From an uncultured virus (IMG/VR IMGVR_UViG_3300020385_000009) (Duplodnaviria > Heunggongvirae > Uroviricota > Caudoviricetes), in IMG/VR virus record IMGVR_UViG_3300020385_000009: a stretch of 64,000 bases of DNA. One strand, 5' to 3'. Both the position numbers and the translations under genes were made by a program. Shown here in pieces: positions 37,353 to 48,331 of this stretch (position 1 is its first letter; each line of letters starts with the position of its first letter). The notes beneath the pieces were generated by a model. The model was not told the origin of the DNA, ran no database searches, and saw only the letters and a program-made list of their open reading frames with translations.

Positions 37353-38288
37353 TTATTGTATGTTTAAAGGACCTTGTTCATCTCTTACTTCATCTCTTGT
37401 TTTAGAAATTCCTGTAGATTTTGTAGTTAATTCATCTTTAAACATAACACTAGATTTACTAAAGAATTTAGAGGGTTTTTGTGTTAATTCTTTATTAATA
37501 CTATTTGGTACTAAGTATCCTTGAAGTTTTAAACCAAAGTCAGTTTTTACAATTCTATTATCACCTACATTTAATTCTGTAGTATTACTAAATGTGTCTA
37601 TAGAAGCATTAAATTTAAAACGATCTTTATCACCCCAATATGAATCTGAAGAATAATTTATTGATTCTATTAATTTATTCATTTGAGAAATATAATCACA
37701 CCATATAGTACAAGTATAAGTTATATTTACAAAGTCAGGAACTACAACAGCATGGAATTGTTTTTGGGGTATTTTACCCTGTAATGCTGAGAAATTATCA
37801 TATTGATTTCTTTTAGTATAACGTTCTTGAAATGTATAATATAATTGAGGGTTATTCCCATCCATCTTATTTCCAAGATCTCTTCGTTTTTCAATAGAAT
37901 TTCTTTTAAACATAATAAGAGGAACTTGTAATTTTCCTTCTTTATCTCTAAAATATCCATCTTTTTGAATTGATTTCCATCTTTCTGGAGCCCCATACAT
38001 TATAGGAACATCTATTCTATCTCCATTTGATATAACTGTGGGTTTTATTACTTTTTTAAAATAATGAATTATAGCTTCATCATGGTCTTGTAAACCAATT
38101 GAAATATCTTTAACAGTATCATCTTTTCGAGTAGTTATTGTACCTCTATTAATGTTAGCTCTATTGTCAGGTGCAGGAAATTCTTCAACAGGGAAACCAT
38201 CAGTAAAACCTGATTCTAGGTTTTGTCTTAATTTATCATACCCACTTGAGGGGGTGGGTCTTCTTGGATTTGTTTTTTTGTCTGACAT
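37353..38288 (-). CDS. Tail terminator/sheath stabiliser (gp15-like)
   Basis: VPIMYGAPERW, PLIMF, PDFVNITY; after the neck genes. Confidence 0.7.
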   Translation of the reverse strand: MSDKKTNPRRPTPSSGYDKLRQNLESGFTDGFPVEEFPAPDNRANINRGTITTRKDDTVKDISIGLQDHDEAIIHYFKKVIKPTVISNGDRIDVPIMYGAPERWKSIQKDGYFRDKEGKLQVPLIMFKRNSIEKRRDLGNKMDGNNPQLYYTFQERYTKRNQYDNFSALQGKIPQKQFHAVVVPDFVNITYTCTIWCDYISQMNKLIESINYSSDSYWGDKDRFKFNASIDTFSNTTELNVGDNRIVKTDFGLKLQGYLVPNSINKELTQKPSKFFSKSSVMFKDELTTKSTGISKTRDEVRDEQGPLNIQ

Positions 38289-38833
38289 TATTCGAGTTTA
38301 TTTACTGTTCCTCCATCTACTTTTGTAGTTGTAGGATATTTTCCACCTCTAAGTGGAATTAAGTTTAATTTTTCTACTCTTGAAATATGTGTGTTTATTA
38401 TCATAGAAAAACTTCCTCCAAAACCTGATGTTTCTTTTGATAAAGCATAATCTGGGTCTCTTCCCATAAAAAGTTGATTTTCAATCCTACTGTCAACTTC
38501 GTAAAAATTATTACGAAAAAGGATTAAATCACCAACTTCAGGTAATAAATTTATGTCAACTAATTCTTGTTTTAAAAACGTAAAACCAATGGTTTGATTG
38601 ACGTCAGGACCAAAGTCGTCAGACGACCACGATTGGTCTTGTCTGTTAATTAAACTCGCTATTTTCAACGGTTCATAATAATTTTTACCGGGTGCTTCAC
38701 CATAAACATTTACGTTAGTTTGTTCTAAAGCAAATTTATAATATGCGACTTCTGTTTGAATGATGTCGTTTACTATTTCTTTGCTTATACTTTTAAATAA
38801 TGATATGTCTCTTGATCCTCCAAATAAAGCCAT
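38288..38833 (-). CDS. Neck/head closure protein (gp14-like)
   Basis: NVYGE, PEVGDLI, YEV. Confidence 0.7.
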   Translation of the reverse strand: MALFGGSRDISLFKSISKEIVNDIIQTEVAYYKFALEQTNVNVYGEAPGKNYYEPLKIASLINRQDQSWSSDDFGPDVNQTIGFTFLKQELVDINLLPEVGDLILFRNNFYEVDSRIENQLFMGRDPDYALSKETSGFGGSFSMIINTHISRVEKLNLIPLRGGKYPTTTKVDGGTVNKLE

Positions 38834-39174
38834 TATTTACGTTTTATAGTGTCAATTTTATATTTAAAGCTTTTTACACCTGGTACTCTTAAGTCTGTTG
38901 ATCCTCCGTTTGAAGTTAAAATATCATCTTTAATTTGTAGTAAATTTTGTTTTGCATCTAATCTTGTTACAAATTTAATTATAACTAAAGTATATTCAAT
39001 ACCTTCTCTCTGTGGATATTCTGGAGGGGTTATATTACGAACAGTTGTTATACTTTTAACAGCTCGAATTGAATCTAAAATGTCTGTAATTGATTCTTTT
39101 CTGTCTGATAAAATTTCAGCTTGAACCTCAAATGTATTTAACATTTCAGATAATATGTTTGTTAATTTAATCAT
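38833..39174 (-). CDS. Hypothetical protein
   Basis: 113-aa ORF coupled between the neck genes. Confidence 0.6.
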   Translation of the reverse strand: MIKLTNILSEMLNTFEVQAEILSDRKESITDILDSIRAVKSITTVRNITPPEYPQREGIEYTLVIIKFVTRLDAKQNLLQIKDDILTSNGGSTDLRVPGVKSFKYKIDTIKRK

Positions 39175-40322
39175 TATCCTATATAAATTGGGTATGGAAC
39201 TTTATAAAAAGTTTCTTGAGTTAATTGAGCTTCTTGGTTTTGCCTTTCAAGTTGTTTAACCCTAGTTGTTTCTTCTAAGAATGTTTTTAATTCTTCAATT
39301 AAAGCTGTTTTTTCTGATGCTGCTTCACTTAATAATCTAGCAAAATCTAATACTGTTGTGTCACCCGGGATAGGGACCGACTGATATTTACCTCTTACAC
39401 TTCCTAACATTTCTTTAGCTAATGCTAATGCATATCTACGAATCCATTGTCTCCCAGGTTCATTAATAAGTTTATATGTTGGATTAGTATAAGGTACATT
39501 TGACATATTTGTTATACCACCTGTTGTATCCTTAACTGGGTTATTTGCTACTGATTTTAAAACATACTCATAATGTAAAGTATAGTTTTTTTCAGGTATA
39601 GGGAATAATTTTAAATATCTATTGTTTTCTACATCAAAATGGTATGCTGATTTTCTAATAGCATCATTTAATTCAATTGCTTGTAATTTTAAAACATCAA
39701 AATACATAGGCATTAACATAAAGTTAACACCTGGTGAATAATTACCAAACCCAAATGATTGCATTAATGATTGAATTCCTGTACCTGTACCTGCGTATGG
39801 GTCAAAATATCTATTAATTGCGGAAGGAGCATAATGGTAAACTCGTTTTAGATAAACTGCTTCTGAGCCACTTAATGAAGATGATGTGGATGTTAATAAA
39901 TCATAATTTTGTTGTCCCGCTATTACATTTAATGTACCCTTTTCTAATTTATAATTCCCTCCTGCTCCATCCGTTTCACTACCATATTGTTCTGCAATAT
40001 TGATTGTGTTACCTAAATTAGGAGCAATTATATTATCATTTAATTTTGATCCTGTAGATGTTCCCTCTAAAGTATGGAAGCTGTTTATTATTTGAAAATG
40101 GTAAAGTTGTGAACCATACTCATTAATTGCTTCTTCAAAGCAAGTAAATAGATTTACTGCTTGTAATTCAATGTCTACTAATGGATAACCCATACGTCTT
40201 ACACACCAATCTGCAACTTTATCTGCGTCAGATTGGAATTGAGTGTCTGTGTCATAAAAACCAAAAGGTGTGTCTCCTGGAAAAAATGATGATGAGCCGG
40301 GCCATATAGGAATGTTTGCCAT
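39174..40322 (-). CDS. Neck/head-tail adaptor (gp13-like)
   Basis: MGYPLVDIEL, WIRRYALALAKEMLG..RGKY..IPG. Confidence 0.8.
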   Translation of the reverse strand: MANIPIWPGSSSFFPGDTPFGFYDTDTQFQSDADKVADWCVRRMGYPLVDIELQAVNLFTCFEEAINEYGSQLYHFQIINSFHTLEGTSTGSKLNDNIIAPNLGNTINIAEQYGSETDGAGGNYKLEKGTLNVIAGQQNYDLLTSTSSSLSGSEAVYLKRVYHYAPSAINRYFDPYAGTGTGIQSLMQSFGFGNYSPGVNFMLMPMYFDVLKLQAIELNDAIRKSAYHFDVENNRYLKLFPIPEKNYTLHYEYVLKSVANNPVKDTTGGITNMSNVPYTNPTYKLINEPGRQWIRRYALALAKEMLGSVRGKYQSVPIPGDTTVLDFARLLSEAASEKTALIEELKTFLEETTRVKQLERQNQEAQLTQETFYKVPYPIYIG

Positions 40323-40403
40323 AATTTAGTTGGTTTGTTCCTATATAAATATAAATAAAATTTGGATTACTGTGAAAAATTATAAATTAATGGTAATTTT
40401 GAT

Positions 40404-43187
40404 TTAAAAGGCGGTACTAGGTATGGTTGGAGGAGTATTAACACCAGCTGTTAATATTTGTTTATTATCATAACAAATAATGAGGTGACCATTAACTTCT
40501 CCTGGAGAATTGGATGCACCTGTGTCTATAGGATCTATGGCAATGTATAAAAAATCTCCTTTATTAAATCCACCCCCAGGACCATTATCTAACACATGTT
40601 CAAATACATTATTATTATTATAAACAAATCCATTACTATTAAATTGATTAAAACCACTAGATAATGTTCCCCCCAATGGGTGGTGAAGTACTTCAAGTTT
40701 GAAATTCATGGATCTTTCCATTCTCATTTCTATTTTAACATCATTTACAGCAACATCATCAGTAAATATATATCTTGAATAATATTGAGTGGATGCAGTT
40801 TCGGATACAGTTGAATTACCAAGTGGTAAATTTCTTTTTTCTGTAGAAGTTTGCCAATCAGCAGAAAATTCTTGATAACGAAGTACTTTTGTGGTGATTG
40901 TATCGACAGTTATTTTTGGGACTTGTAATAGATTTAAACTTGGATTATAAGTAAAATCATTTGCTGAATCTTTAGCTAAATCCATACAACCTGCAGCTGT
41001 GGTGGTACCAAATTGGAAAGGTATTGGGTAATCTGCGTTATTTGTTGTTGTGGATAGATGTACTCTTTTTCCACAAACATTTTCTAAACCACTACCATTA
41101 CCTATAAATGATCCAGAAATTGGGCCAGGTGTTACTGCCATTCCTGCCCAAAAACCTTCTAGATTAACTTCTGCTTTAGATGTAAAGTTTGCCCATGTTG
41201 TAGTAGAATTATTACTAATAGAGACACCTGGATTATCGGTATCTGGAATCCAATTAACCAATCTCCATTCATGAATACTACCATTACTATTTTTTGAATG
41301 ATAATTATCACCTAATAAAAATACGCTTAATCTAGTTGAATGATCAGTTTCTTCTAGATTGTCGGTATTGAGAGTATTAGTATCACGAACATACACTTGT
41401 AATGCTGCACCATCATATGTGGCTCCTTCTTTTATTCGAATATGTGTATAAACTATATTACTGAAGCTATTATTAGTTAATACTGTAAGTTGTGTTCCTT
41501 TATCATCTCCGAATATATGTGATGCATAAAAAGTGGTTGATTGGTGTCGAGAAGAACCTTGTTGGTCTCGTAATGCAAATCTACCAGTTGCTCTTCCTTC
41601 TGGTACAATTGCAACTGTATACCAACCAGGAGCAAGGTCATTTGAAGCCTTTTGTTCTGTATGTGTTTCATTTATAAATGCCTCAGAATTATAACTATCT
41701 AATGTGCCTATTAAATTGCCCTCAAAATTAGTTGATTTTATTGTATCAGTATGTGGGTTGATTGTTACATTAGAATCAAGCAGCATTGTAGAAAACCCAT
41801 CAGTTAAATTTGAGAATACAATTGGGTGGGGTGTGTTATTAGTGTTTTCGTGGACATCAACATGTAAGGTATTAGTTGATAAATGTGAAAATTCTGATAC
41901 TAATGTACCTGCTCCTGGTGCACTTGTAGGTAAATCATCACTATTTGCATCTACTAAATTACTTATAGTATCTATACTAACAGTTTTTAAATTACCTGAG
42001 CTGTCTCTTACTACAATGTCATCTGAGGTTGTACCTGCAGTATTCGTAGATAATACTATGTTATTAGTTGTTACTGTTGAATCCTTAATTGTAGTTTCTA
42101 CACCCTCAGAATAGTAAATTTCATAAATAGAAATAAGGTTGAAACTGTTATTATTGGAATTAGATATATATTGGGTTCGGTAATATTTAAAAGGGGTTTC
42201 ATTTTGAAAATTTACAATATAAGGGTAACTCGCACTCACTCCATTAACATAATCAAGATCTTCATATAATAAAGTTCCCAAATTCCCTCCAGTAAACGGA
42301 GTGTTAGAACCAAATATTTTTATTTTATAAAGATCACTTTCAGAATTCCCAAATCCCGCATATAATTTCATTTGAGTTATAATAGGAGAGTATCCTAGTT
42401 TACCAAATATATTATAATCTACGTTAATATTACCTTCTTCCCCAGAAGTTGCAATATTGAAGAGGGATGGAAATGTACCATCTGTGTTAGCGCCCGCAAT
42501 ATCATTAAAAATGAAGTTGACGTTACTATTACTAGAATTAGTTATTGCGTTTTCTGCAGTAATTGTTATAAATTCTGAATTGTCGATTATAGACCCATCA
42601 TTTAATTCTAATGTTGTTAATGTGCCTATAGAAGAAGCTTCCCCAGATATGTTACCCGTTGTAGCTAAACCTAAATTATTAACATTTAAATTTAGTCTTG
42701 TTGCTTGAGTAAAGGAATCCCACTCATTATTACTTATTAAAGTAATATCAGGACTCTCGGGTCCATCAGGGATAAAATTTGTTAAATTCCATCCATTGTT
42801 TATCATGGTCCCCCCAGGAGTTGAAGTTTTATAATTATCACCTAATAATTGAACTATAGGTTTATTAGTTTCTGAAGATATGAAAACCTGTAATACTGCT
42901 CCCATTCCTATGCCTGATTCTTTTATTCTTAGGGCTGTTTGTGTAGTGTTAGTTGATAAAAAATTAGTAGAACTTAGGAGTGTGATTTGATTTCCTTCAC
43001 CTTCTACGTGGGAAGCGTAAAAAGTTATAACTGATGATTGTTGTGCAGATCTATTATCAGAAAGTAAAAATCTAGCTGTCGCTATACCTTCCCCATTGAT
43101 AGCTATAGTATGCCAGCCAATAGATAATACATCTTCTGTCTTAAATTCTGATTCTTCAGTTAGTATTTTTTTCCAACCCACACCCAA
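40404..43187 (-). CDS. Tail fibre/spike with a duplicated module and a discoidin-like domain
   Basis: N-terminal WKK as in 43774; two GW(H/Y)T.A...ARF/GRF modules; IFGSN...FKYYR...IYEI; start uncertain (TTG 43187 or GTG 43181). Confidence 0.7.
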   Translation of the reverse strand: MGVGWKKILTEESEFKTEDVLSIGWHTIAINGEGIATARFLLSDNRSAQQSSVITFYASHVEGEGNQITLLSSTNFLSTNTTQTALRIKESGIGMGAVLQVFISSETNKPIVQLLGDNYKTSTPGGTMINNGWNLTNFIPDGPESPDITLISNNEWDSFTQATRLNLNVNNLGLATTGNISGEASSIGTLTTLELNDGSIIDNSEFITITAENAITNSSNSNVNFIFNDIAGANTDGTFPSLFNIATSGEEGNINVDYNIFGKLGYSPIITQMKLYAGFGNSESDLYKIKIFGSNTPFTGGNLGTLLYEDLDYVNGVSASYPYIVNFQNETPFKYYRTQYISNSNNNSFNLISIYEIYYSEGVETTIKDSTVTTNNIVLSTNTAGTTSDDIVVRDSSGNLKTVSIDTISNLVDANSDDLPTSAPGAGTLVSEFSHLSTNTLHVDVHENTNNTPHPIVFSNLTDGFSTMLLDSNVTINPHTDTIKSTNFEGNLIGTLDSYNSEAFINETHTEQKASNDLAPGWYTVAIVPEGRATGRFALRDQQGSSRHQSTTFYASHIFGDDKGTQLTVLTNNSFSNIVYTHIRIKEGATYDGAALQVYVRDTNTLNTDNLEETDHSTRLSVFLLGDNYHSKNSNGSIHEWRLVNWIPDTDNPGVSISNNSTTTWANFTSKAEVNLEGFWAGMAVTPGPISGSFIGNGSGLENVCGKRVHLSTTTNNADYPIPFQFGTTTAAGCMDLAKDSANDFTYNPSLNLLQVPKITVDTITTKVLRYQEFSADWQTSTEKRNLPLGNSTVSETASTQYYSRYIFTDDVAVNDVKIEMRMERSMNFKLEVLHHPLGGTLSSGFNQFNSNGFVYNNNNVFEHVLDNGPGGGFNKGDFLYIAIDPIDTGASNSPGEVNGHLIICYDNKQILTAGVNTPPTIPSTAF

Positions 43188-43199
43188 AACATTTATTAA

Positions 43200-43385
43200 T
43201 TATTTTTTACTATTTTTACTATTTTTTACCTGATCTTCTAATTTTTGTAGTTTATCATGTTCAACTACTAATTTTTGTAGTATAGTTGTAATAAGAGAAG
43301 CTTCTGCTCCTCTTATTTCAAATTCTGAAACTGCTTTGTGTATTGCTACAACTTCCCTTAATTCAAATTGTATCCCGTGTGCCAT
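43200..43385 (-). CDS. Small helical protein (fibre chaperone-like)
   Basis: Resembles the C-terminus of 43402 (E.....I.....F/I.G......I..KL). Confidence 0.55.
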   Translation of the reverse strand: MAHGIQFELREVVAIHKAVSEFEIRGAEASLITTILQKLVVEHDKLQKLEDQVKNSKNSKK

Positions 43386-43401
43386 AACTTATAAATTTAA
43401 T

Positions 43402-43689
43402 TTATTGTTTTAACTGATTTTGTAATTTTGCAGTAATTGAATATATTACTTGAAGGTCAGATCCTTTAAAATCTGATTTTCCTATTAAAGTTATCAAATA
43501 TTTTAACTCAGAGGGTATTAGTTGAGTCAATTGTTGAGGGGTTGGTTTTGGTTGTGGGGGGTTGTGAGTTGGGGTTGGTTGAGTTGTTGTTCTATTTTGT
43601 TGAACTTTATTTTGGGCTTTTTGTTTGTCTAATACTCCCATAACTATTTCTTCTATTATATTGTGTAAATCCATATCTTTTTTATTCAT
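43402..43689 (-). CDS. Small helical protein with a Pro/Gln linker
   Basis: ELKYLITLIGKSDFKGSDLQVIYSITAKLQ. Confidence 0.55.
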   Translation of the reverse strand: MNKKDMDLHNIIEEIVMGVLDKQKAQNKVQQNRTTTQPTPTHNPPQPKPTPQQLTQLIPSELKYLITLIGKSDFKGSDLQVIYSITAKLQNQLKQ

Positions 43690-43725
43690 AACTTTTATTT
43701 TGATAATTTCTAGTAAAAATAATTT

Positions 43726-43763
43726 AAACAGCCTAATATTTCCTTAGAAATATTAAGCCGTTT
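43726..43763 (-). terminator. Long RNA hairpin after a fibre gene
   Basis: 17-bp stem that pairs fully (with G-U pairs) only as minus-strand RNA. Confidence 0.55.
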
Positions 43764-43773
43764 TTAAAAATTA

Positions 43774-46700
43774 TTAAGCACCTGGGGCAGTAGCAGTACC
43801 CGTAAAAATCCATAAATCTTTGTTATTATCAATTATCATTTCACCTTCACCGAATATTACATCCCCTAATAATTTATCAGAAGTTTCAGTTCCTTTATGG
43901 TTTGATATAGCATTTAATTGAGTACCAAGACTACCTGTAGATCTTACTGTAAGTATATTTCCTACTGAATTACCTTTACCATTTTCATCTACTTGACCTG
44001 TTCCTATATTACTTGGTACATTTCTAGCTACTTTTAATCTATCATCACTACCATCGTGGTAAAGTGCTGTACCTAAAGGATTGTCACTTGCACCATATTG
44101 GGTTTCAAATATAATCCCTACATCAACGTTTGCAGTTAAGTCTGTATTACTTGCTGCACTACCAGAACCAAGTAATATAAATCTATCTTCAATTTGAAGT
44201 TCTGTTGTATTTAAAGTAGTTGTGGTACCTTCAATTGTTAAATTACCACCAACTACAACATTACCTGTTGTAGTTAAATTACCAATACCAGTAATATTAT
44301 TATTACTTCCATTAATATTAATACTACCAATAGTTACGTTACCAGTAAGGGTTGGATTGGCTGAAGTTGCAGCTGCATTTAATGCAGTTTGAATAGATTC
44401 TGTAATGCCATTTAAATGACCAAGTTCTGTTGAATTTAAACCTGCATCATGTAGGGCATTTAATTCTGCTGCTGTAGCTGTTACTTGAGTAGATCCTATA
44501 GTAAGATTAGTTACTGTAACACCTGCAAATGTTGGAGAACTTGATGTACCTAATCCTAAAGCTGTTGCTGCAGCTCCAGCTGAAGTAGCACCTGTACCAC
44601 CATTTGCAATTGATAAAGCTGTACCATCCCAATCACTATTATTAATTGTTAAGGTACCACCTAATGTTAAATTACCAGAATCCGTTACTGTTCCTGTTAA
44701 TGTAAGACCATTTACAGTTCCTGCTCCTCCTACTGATGTTACTGTACCTACAGTTGAAGATAAATTATCTGTTATACCAGTAACAAAATCATAAATTTGA
44801 TCTCCGGTTGCTAATTTACTACCGCCATCAACAATACCACCTGTGTTTACTCTTATTGTTTTAGCTGTACTCCCATTGTAAGTAGTACCAGCAGTAGAAA
44901 AACTAAGAGTGTCATTGTCAACAGATAAATTCTTTAAATTCTGACCAAGTGAAACACCACTTATTGTGTTAGTTGTTATAGAAGCTCCATCAATTTGAGC
45001 TGATTGAGAAACTAATCCTGAACCATTATTAATAGGTAATACTCCAGTTGCCTGAGCTAAATTTAAATTTGTTATAGAAGCACCATTACCCGCAAGTGTT
45101 CCTGCTGTAACGCTTCCTGCAGTAGTAATACTACCATTATTATTTAATGTTAAAGATCCAGCATTAACAATTAATGAACCAGAGAATGAGTGAGTATCAT
45201 CACTAGCATCACCAAATACATTACTACCTGATATTACTAATGCATTATTGTCTATAAATTGAACTGCACCAAAAGAGAATGAAGATGCATCTACATTTCC
45301 TGTAAATGAAGCGTTTGATGCAGTAATATTTAAAATAGTGCCTGCTGAGTGGCTTATATTAAATATATCTGGTCCAGCAGAAGATCCTGAGAAGAATAAA
45401 CCTCCTTGTGTTTGAATGTCTCCACCAACATCTAAATCTCCACCTACTGTTAAATTACTAACAATATCAACGTTATCAGATAATGAAATTGTTGGAGCAC
45501 CTGTTACTACTGATACTTGAAGAAATACATCTAAAGGTTTGTTAGTCCCAACGTCAGAAGCTATAGCCTCATCTAAAACAAATTTATATTTGGTACTTTC
45601 TTGAGTTCCTGATGAGTTTATTTCAGGAGTATCAGTAAATGATGTTAAACCTACAATTTGTTCACCTTCTGCAGTTTTTATTTTTAAAATTGAACTCCCA
45701 TTAAGTAATGATGCATTAAGTTGGGATGTTTTAGCTGAATCTGATCCTGATATAACAGACTCTCCAACATTCCAGAATAATCCATCACCCGATATTTGTC
45801 GTGAAATTATCTTTGTATACTCTGTAGTTGTTGTACCTCCTGTAACAGTAATATTATCACCTGCATTTAGACCTGTGAAAGTTCCAGAACCACCACTATC
45901 AATATCATCTCTAGATACTTTTATTATTTCACCATTTGCTTTTTGTGCTAAGTAAAATTCAGGATCATCAATAGGTACAATACTTGCTGTAATACCTCCT
46001 TTAGCATTTAGCATTAGGTTTGACGATGATATAACTAAATTGTTATCATGATCACCTATAGTTAATTCATTAGCTGATAATGCACTACCTTGTAATGAAG
46101 CTAATTTTTTCATATTTGCTCCACTACCAACTGAAATTCCAGTACTAGCTGTAACATTAGGTACTATAACTTTTGTATCACCTGTTATGTCACCTGAAGC
46201 ATCAACTGTAGTAGTGTCTACTGAGTCAATTTTAGATACATTTAAAGTGTTTGAGGTTTTATTAAATGTAAATGTATTATCATCTTCTAATAATCCGTTT
46301 GTACCAATAAATGGAACTCTAGTATTAGTTAAATTTGTAGTTAAATTACCTGTTAAATCTAAAGTAGCAGCATCAATATTATCAGCAGTAATATTTAATG
46401 TATTGCCAGTTTCTGCAGAAATATTAAATGTTTGAGTCTGAGGACCACTAGATGCTGAGAATGTTAAATTACCTGAAGAAGAAATAGAATGGATGTTATA
46501 TAATTGAGCACCACCAAAATTAGCATCAGAATTTGCAGATGCTACTTCTAAAACATCACCTCCTGAACCTACTACTACAAAATTATCTGTAAGGTTACCA
46601 GATGCACCAACTGTGTCTCCACCTGCTGCTAATGCATATTTACTACCTGTACTTACATTACCATATTGGTCAATTACTAAGGGTGTTGTTATATCTGGTT

Positions 46701-46812
46701 GACCCCCAGCTTGTACCGCTGCTATTCCAGGTAAATTTAAGCCTGCACTTGCTGTTACGTCTCTTAAATGGGCATCACTACCTGAGACTATTATTTTTTT
46801 CCAATTTGCCAT
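43774..46812 (-). CDS. Tail fibre protein
   Basis: Gly/Ser/Thr-rich; GTVTSV, LSIANGGTGATSA, GNLTIEGTTTTLNTT..IEDRFILL. Confidence 0.85.
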   Translation of the reverse strand: MANWKKIIVSGSDAHLRDVTASAGLNLPGIAAVQAGGQPDITTPLVIDQYGNVSTGSKYALAAGGDTVGASGNLTDNFVVVGSGGDVLEVASANSDANFGGAQLYNIHSISSSGNLTFSASSGPQTQTFNISAETGNTLNITADNIDAATLDLTGNLTTNLTNTRVPFIGTNGLLEDDNTFTFNKTSNTLNVSKIDSVDTTTVDASGDITGDTKVIVPNVTASTGISVGSGANMKKLASLQGSALSANELTIGDHDNNLVISSSNLMLNAKGGITASIVPIDDPEFYLAQKANGEIIKVSRDDIDSGGSGTFTGLNAGDNITVTGGTTTTEYTKIISRQISGDGLFWNVGESVISGSDSAKTSQLNASLLNGSSILKIKTAEGEQIVGLTSFTDTPEINSSGTQESTKYKFVLDEAIASDVGTNKPLDVFLQVSVVTGAPTISLSDNVDIVSNLTVGGDLDVGGDIQTQGGLFFSGSSAGPDIFNISHSAGTILNITASNASFTGNVDASSFSFGAVQFIDNNALVISGSNVFGDASDDTHSFSGSLIVNAGSLTLNNNGSITTAGSVTAGTLAGNGASITNLNLAQATGVLPINNGSGLVSQSAQIDGASITTNTISGVSLGQNLKNLSVDNDTLSFSTAGTTYNGSTAKTIRVNTGGIVDGGSKLATGDQIYDFVTGITDNLSSTVGTVTSVGGAGTVNGLTLTGTVTDSGNLTLGGTLTINNSDWDGTALSIANGGTGATSAGAAATALGLGTSSSPTFAGVTVTNLTIGSTQVTATAAELNALHDAGLNSTELGHLNGITESIQTALNAAATSANPTLTGNVTIGSININGSNNNITGIGNLTTTGNVVVGGNLTIEGTTTTLNTTELQIEDRFILLGSGSAASNTDLTANVDVGIIFETQYGASDNPLGTALYHDGSDDRLKVARNVPSNIGTGQVDENGKGNSVGNILTVRSTGSLGTQLNAISNHKGTETSDKLLGDVIFGEGEMIIDNNKDLWIFTGTATAPGA

Positions 46813-46870
46813 TTTATCTTACTTTTTAATTTTTATAATTACGTTCTAATTTTGGGTTTTATTTTATATT

Positions 46871-48274
46871 TTAGTTATGAATTGACTTACTTGCCCATTG
46901 TGGCACACTTTCATAATCTCTTGATGATGGAGTATTTTGGGGTGACAATGAACTTGATATTCCCGCAGCAATACCATTTTCTACTTTATATCCTGAAAAT
47001 GCACCTAATACTTCATTAGTTCCTGGGATATGATAAAATCCAGGAGATGCAGGTATTCTTAAATTAGCATCCGCCCATAAATGAGATCCAGATTTAAATT
47101 TTGTATCATTTCCTATAAAACTTCCTGTGTATGAACCTGAGGGGCCTTTTCCAAGAGAAGCACTACAATAATAAAGAGTACGAATACTATTACTAGTCCT
47201 TGCTGAAGAAGCGGCATTTGCTGCATATTTAAATGAACCACTTGCTACTGTTTGAGCTACGGAAGTTTTTTGGTAAAATATTACTTCGGCTGAAGGGAAA
47301 TAAGCTTTACTTCCATCGCTAACACCCGCCATACCATTAAATTGATCTCCTGAAACAAGTCCTTTTATGAGGGTTTTATTATACATCCCATCACTACTAT
47401 TTATTCCATTGTAATAGATATTTTTGTTGTTAAAGAAACCAGTACCTGCAGGTAAAGTAGCTAACCATGAAGCCGTAAAATTGTTACCTGCTCCACCTGA
47501 AGCTTGACATCCCCAATCTGCACTTGAAGTTAAACTTGAAGTTAATGCATATGCAATAACATCATGGTTATTATAAGCATCTACATGGTTAAGCGCGTCA
47601 TTAGAACCAAATTTAATATGCCATTTAGAGACAGGTTCTGATTGACCATAAAGAAATGAAGTCTTTAAAATAGATCTAGTAAGATGGGACTGATTTGAAG
47701 CTGTTAAAAAATTATGTTGATATAATTGTCCTGGTATATTACCATCTGCCCCAAATTGTTGTGGAGAGTAAAAATTCGAAAATTTAAAATGTGAAAAAGA
47801 ATAATTTTGTGAATTATTAGAAATTTCTAAATATCCTTCTGTGTGATGTACTCCTGGGTGTTTTGAAAAAGTTACTGATGCTGTTGGTGCCTGTGTGGAG
47901 GCAGGAGATAAAATTGCTACTCTTTCTCCTGGGGGAAGATTGTATAATGCTGTTCCTATTTTACTAGCATAAGATGCAGATAAAGATGCAGTAACAGCAT
48001 CAGAGAAATTATCTCTAATAAATTGGACTGTTCTGTCTTGTTCTTCATCTCTTTCAACATAAAGAGCAGTTTCACCTGTGTCATTATCTATTTCTAAATG
48101 ATATTTGTCAGGTTTATTTTGAACTCTAACCATGTCAAAAAAACCACCTTCTCTTTTACTTTTAGCACCTGTTTTTAATGCAATGGGGATACCTTCATAA
48201 AAAGGTTTAAATTTTGTACCTGAAGATCCTGTTCTTTCAAGGAATCTTTTATGTTTAAATTTTTCAAATGCCAT
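46871..48274 (-). CDS. Hypothetical virion protein
   Basis: Rich in SGS/TAS/SAS; preceded by TATTTATA. Confidence 0.6.
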   Translation of the reverse strand: MAFEKFKHKRFLERTGSSGTKFKPFYEGIPIALKTGAKSKREGGFFDMVRVQNKPDKYHLEIDNDTGETALYVERDEEQDRTVQFIRDNFSDAVTASLSASYASKIGTALYNLPPGERVAILSPASTQAPTASVTFSKHPGVHHTEGYLEISNNSQNYSFSHFKFSNFYSPQQFGADGNIPGQLYQHNFLTASNQSHLTRSILKTSFLYGQSEPVSKWHIKFGSNDALNHVDAYNNHDVIAYALTSSLTSSADWGCQASGGAGNNFTASWLATLPAGTGFFNNKNIYYNGINSSDGMYNKTLIKGLVSGDQFNGMAGVSDGSKAYFPSAEVIFYQKTSVAQTVASGSFKYAANAASSARTSNSIRTLYYCSASLGKGPSGSYTGSFIGNDTKFKSGSHLWADANLRIPASPGFYHIPGTNEVLGAFSGYKVENGIAAGISSSLSPQNTPSSRDYESVPQWASKSIHN

Positions 48275-48331
48275 ATTAATGTTATTATTTGATTATAAAT
48301 ATATATTTTTTTTAAAAAATGAAAATTATTT

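Noticed and set aside
31893..46812. Diversity-generating retroelement or invertase shufflon acting on the fibres
   Set aside because: No reverse transcriptase, site-specific recombinase, inverted cassettes or adenine-specific TR/VR pair seen in the window
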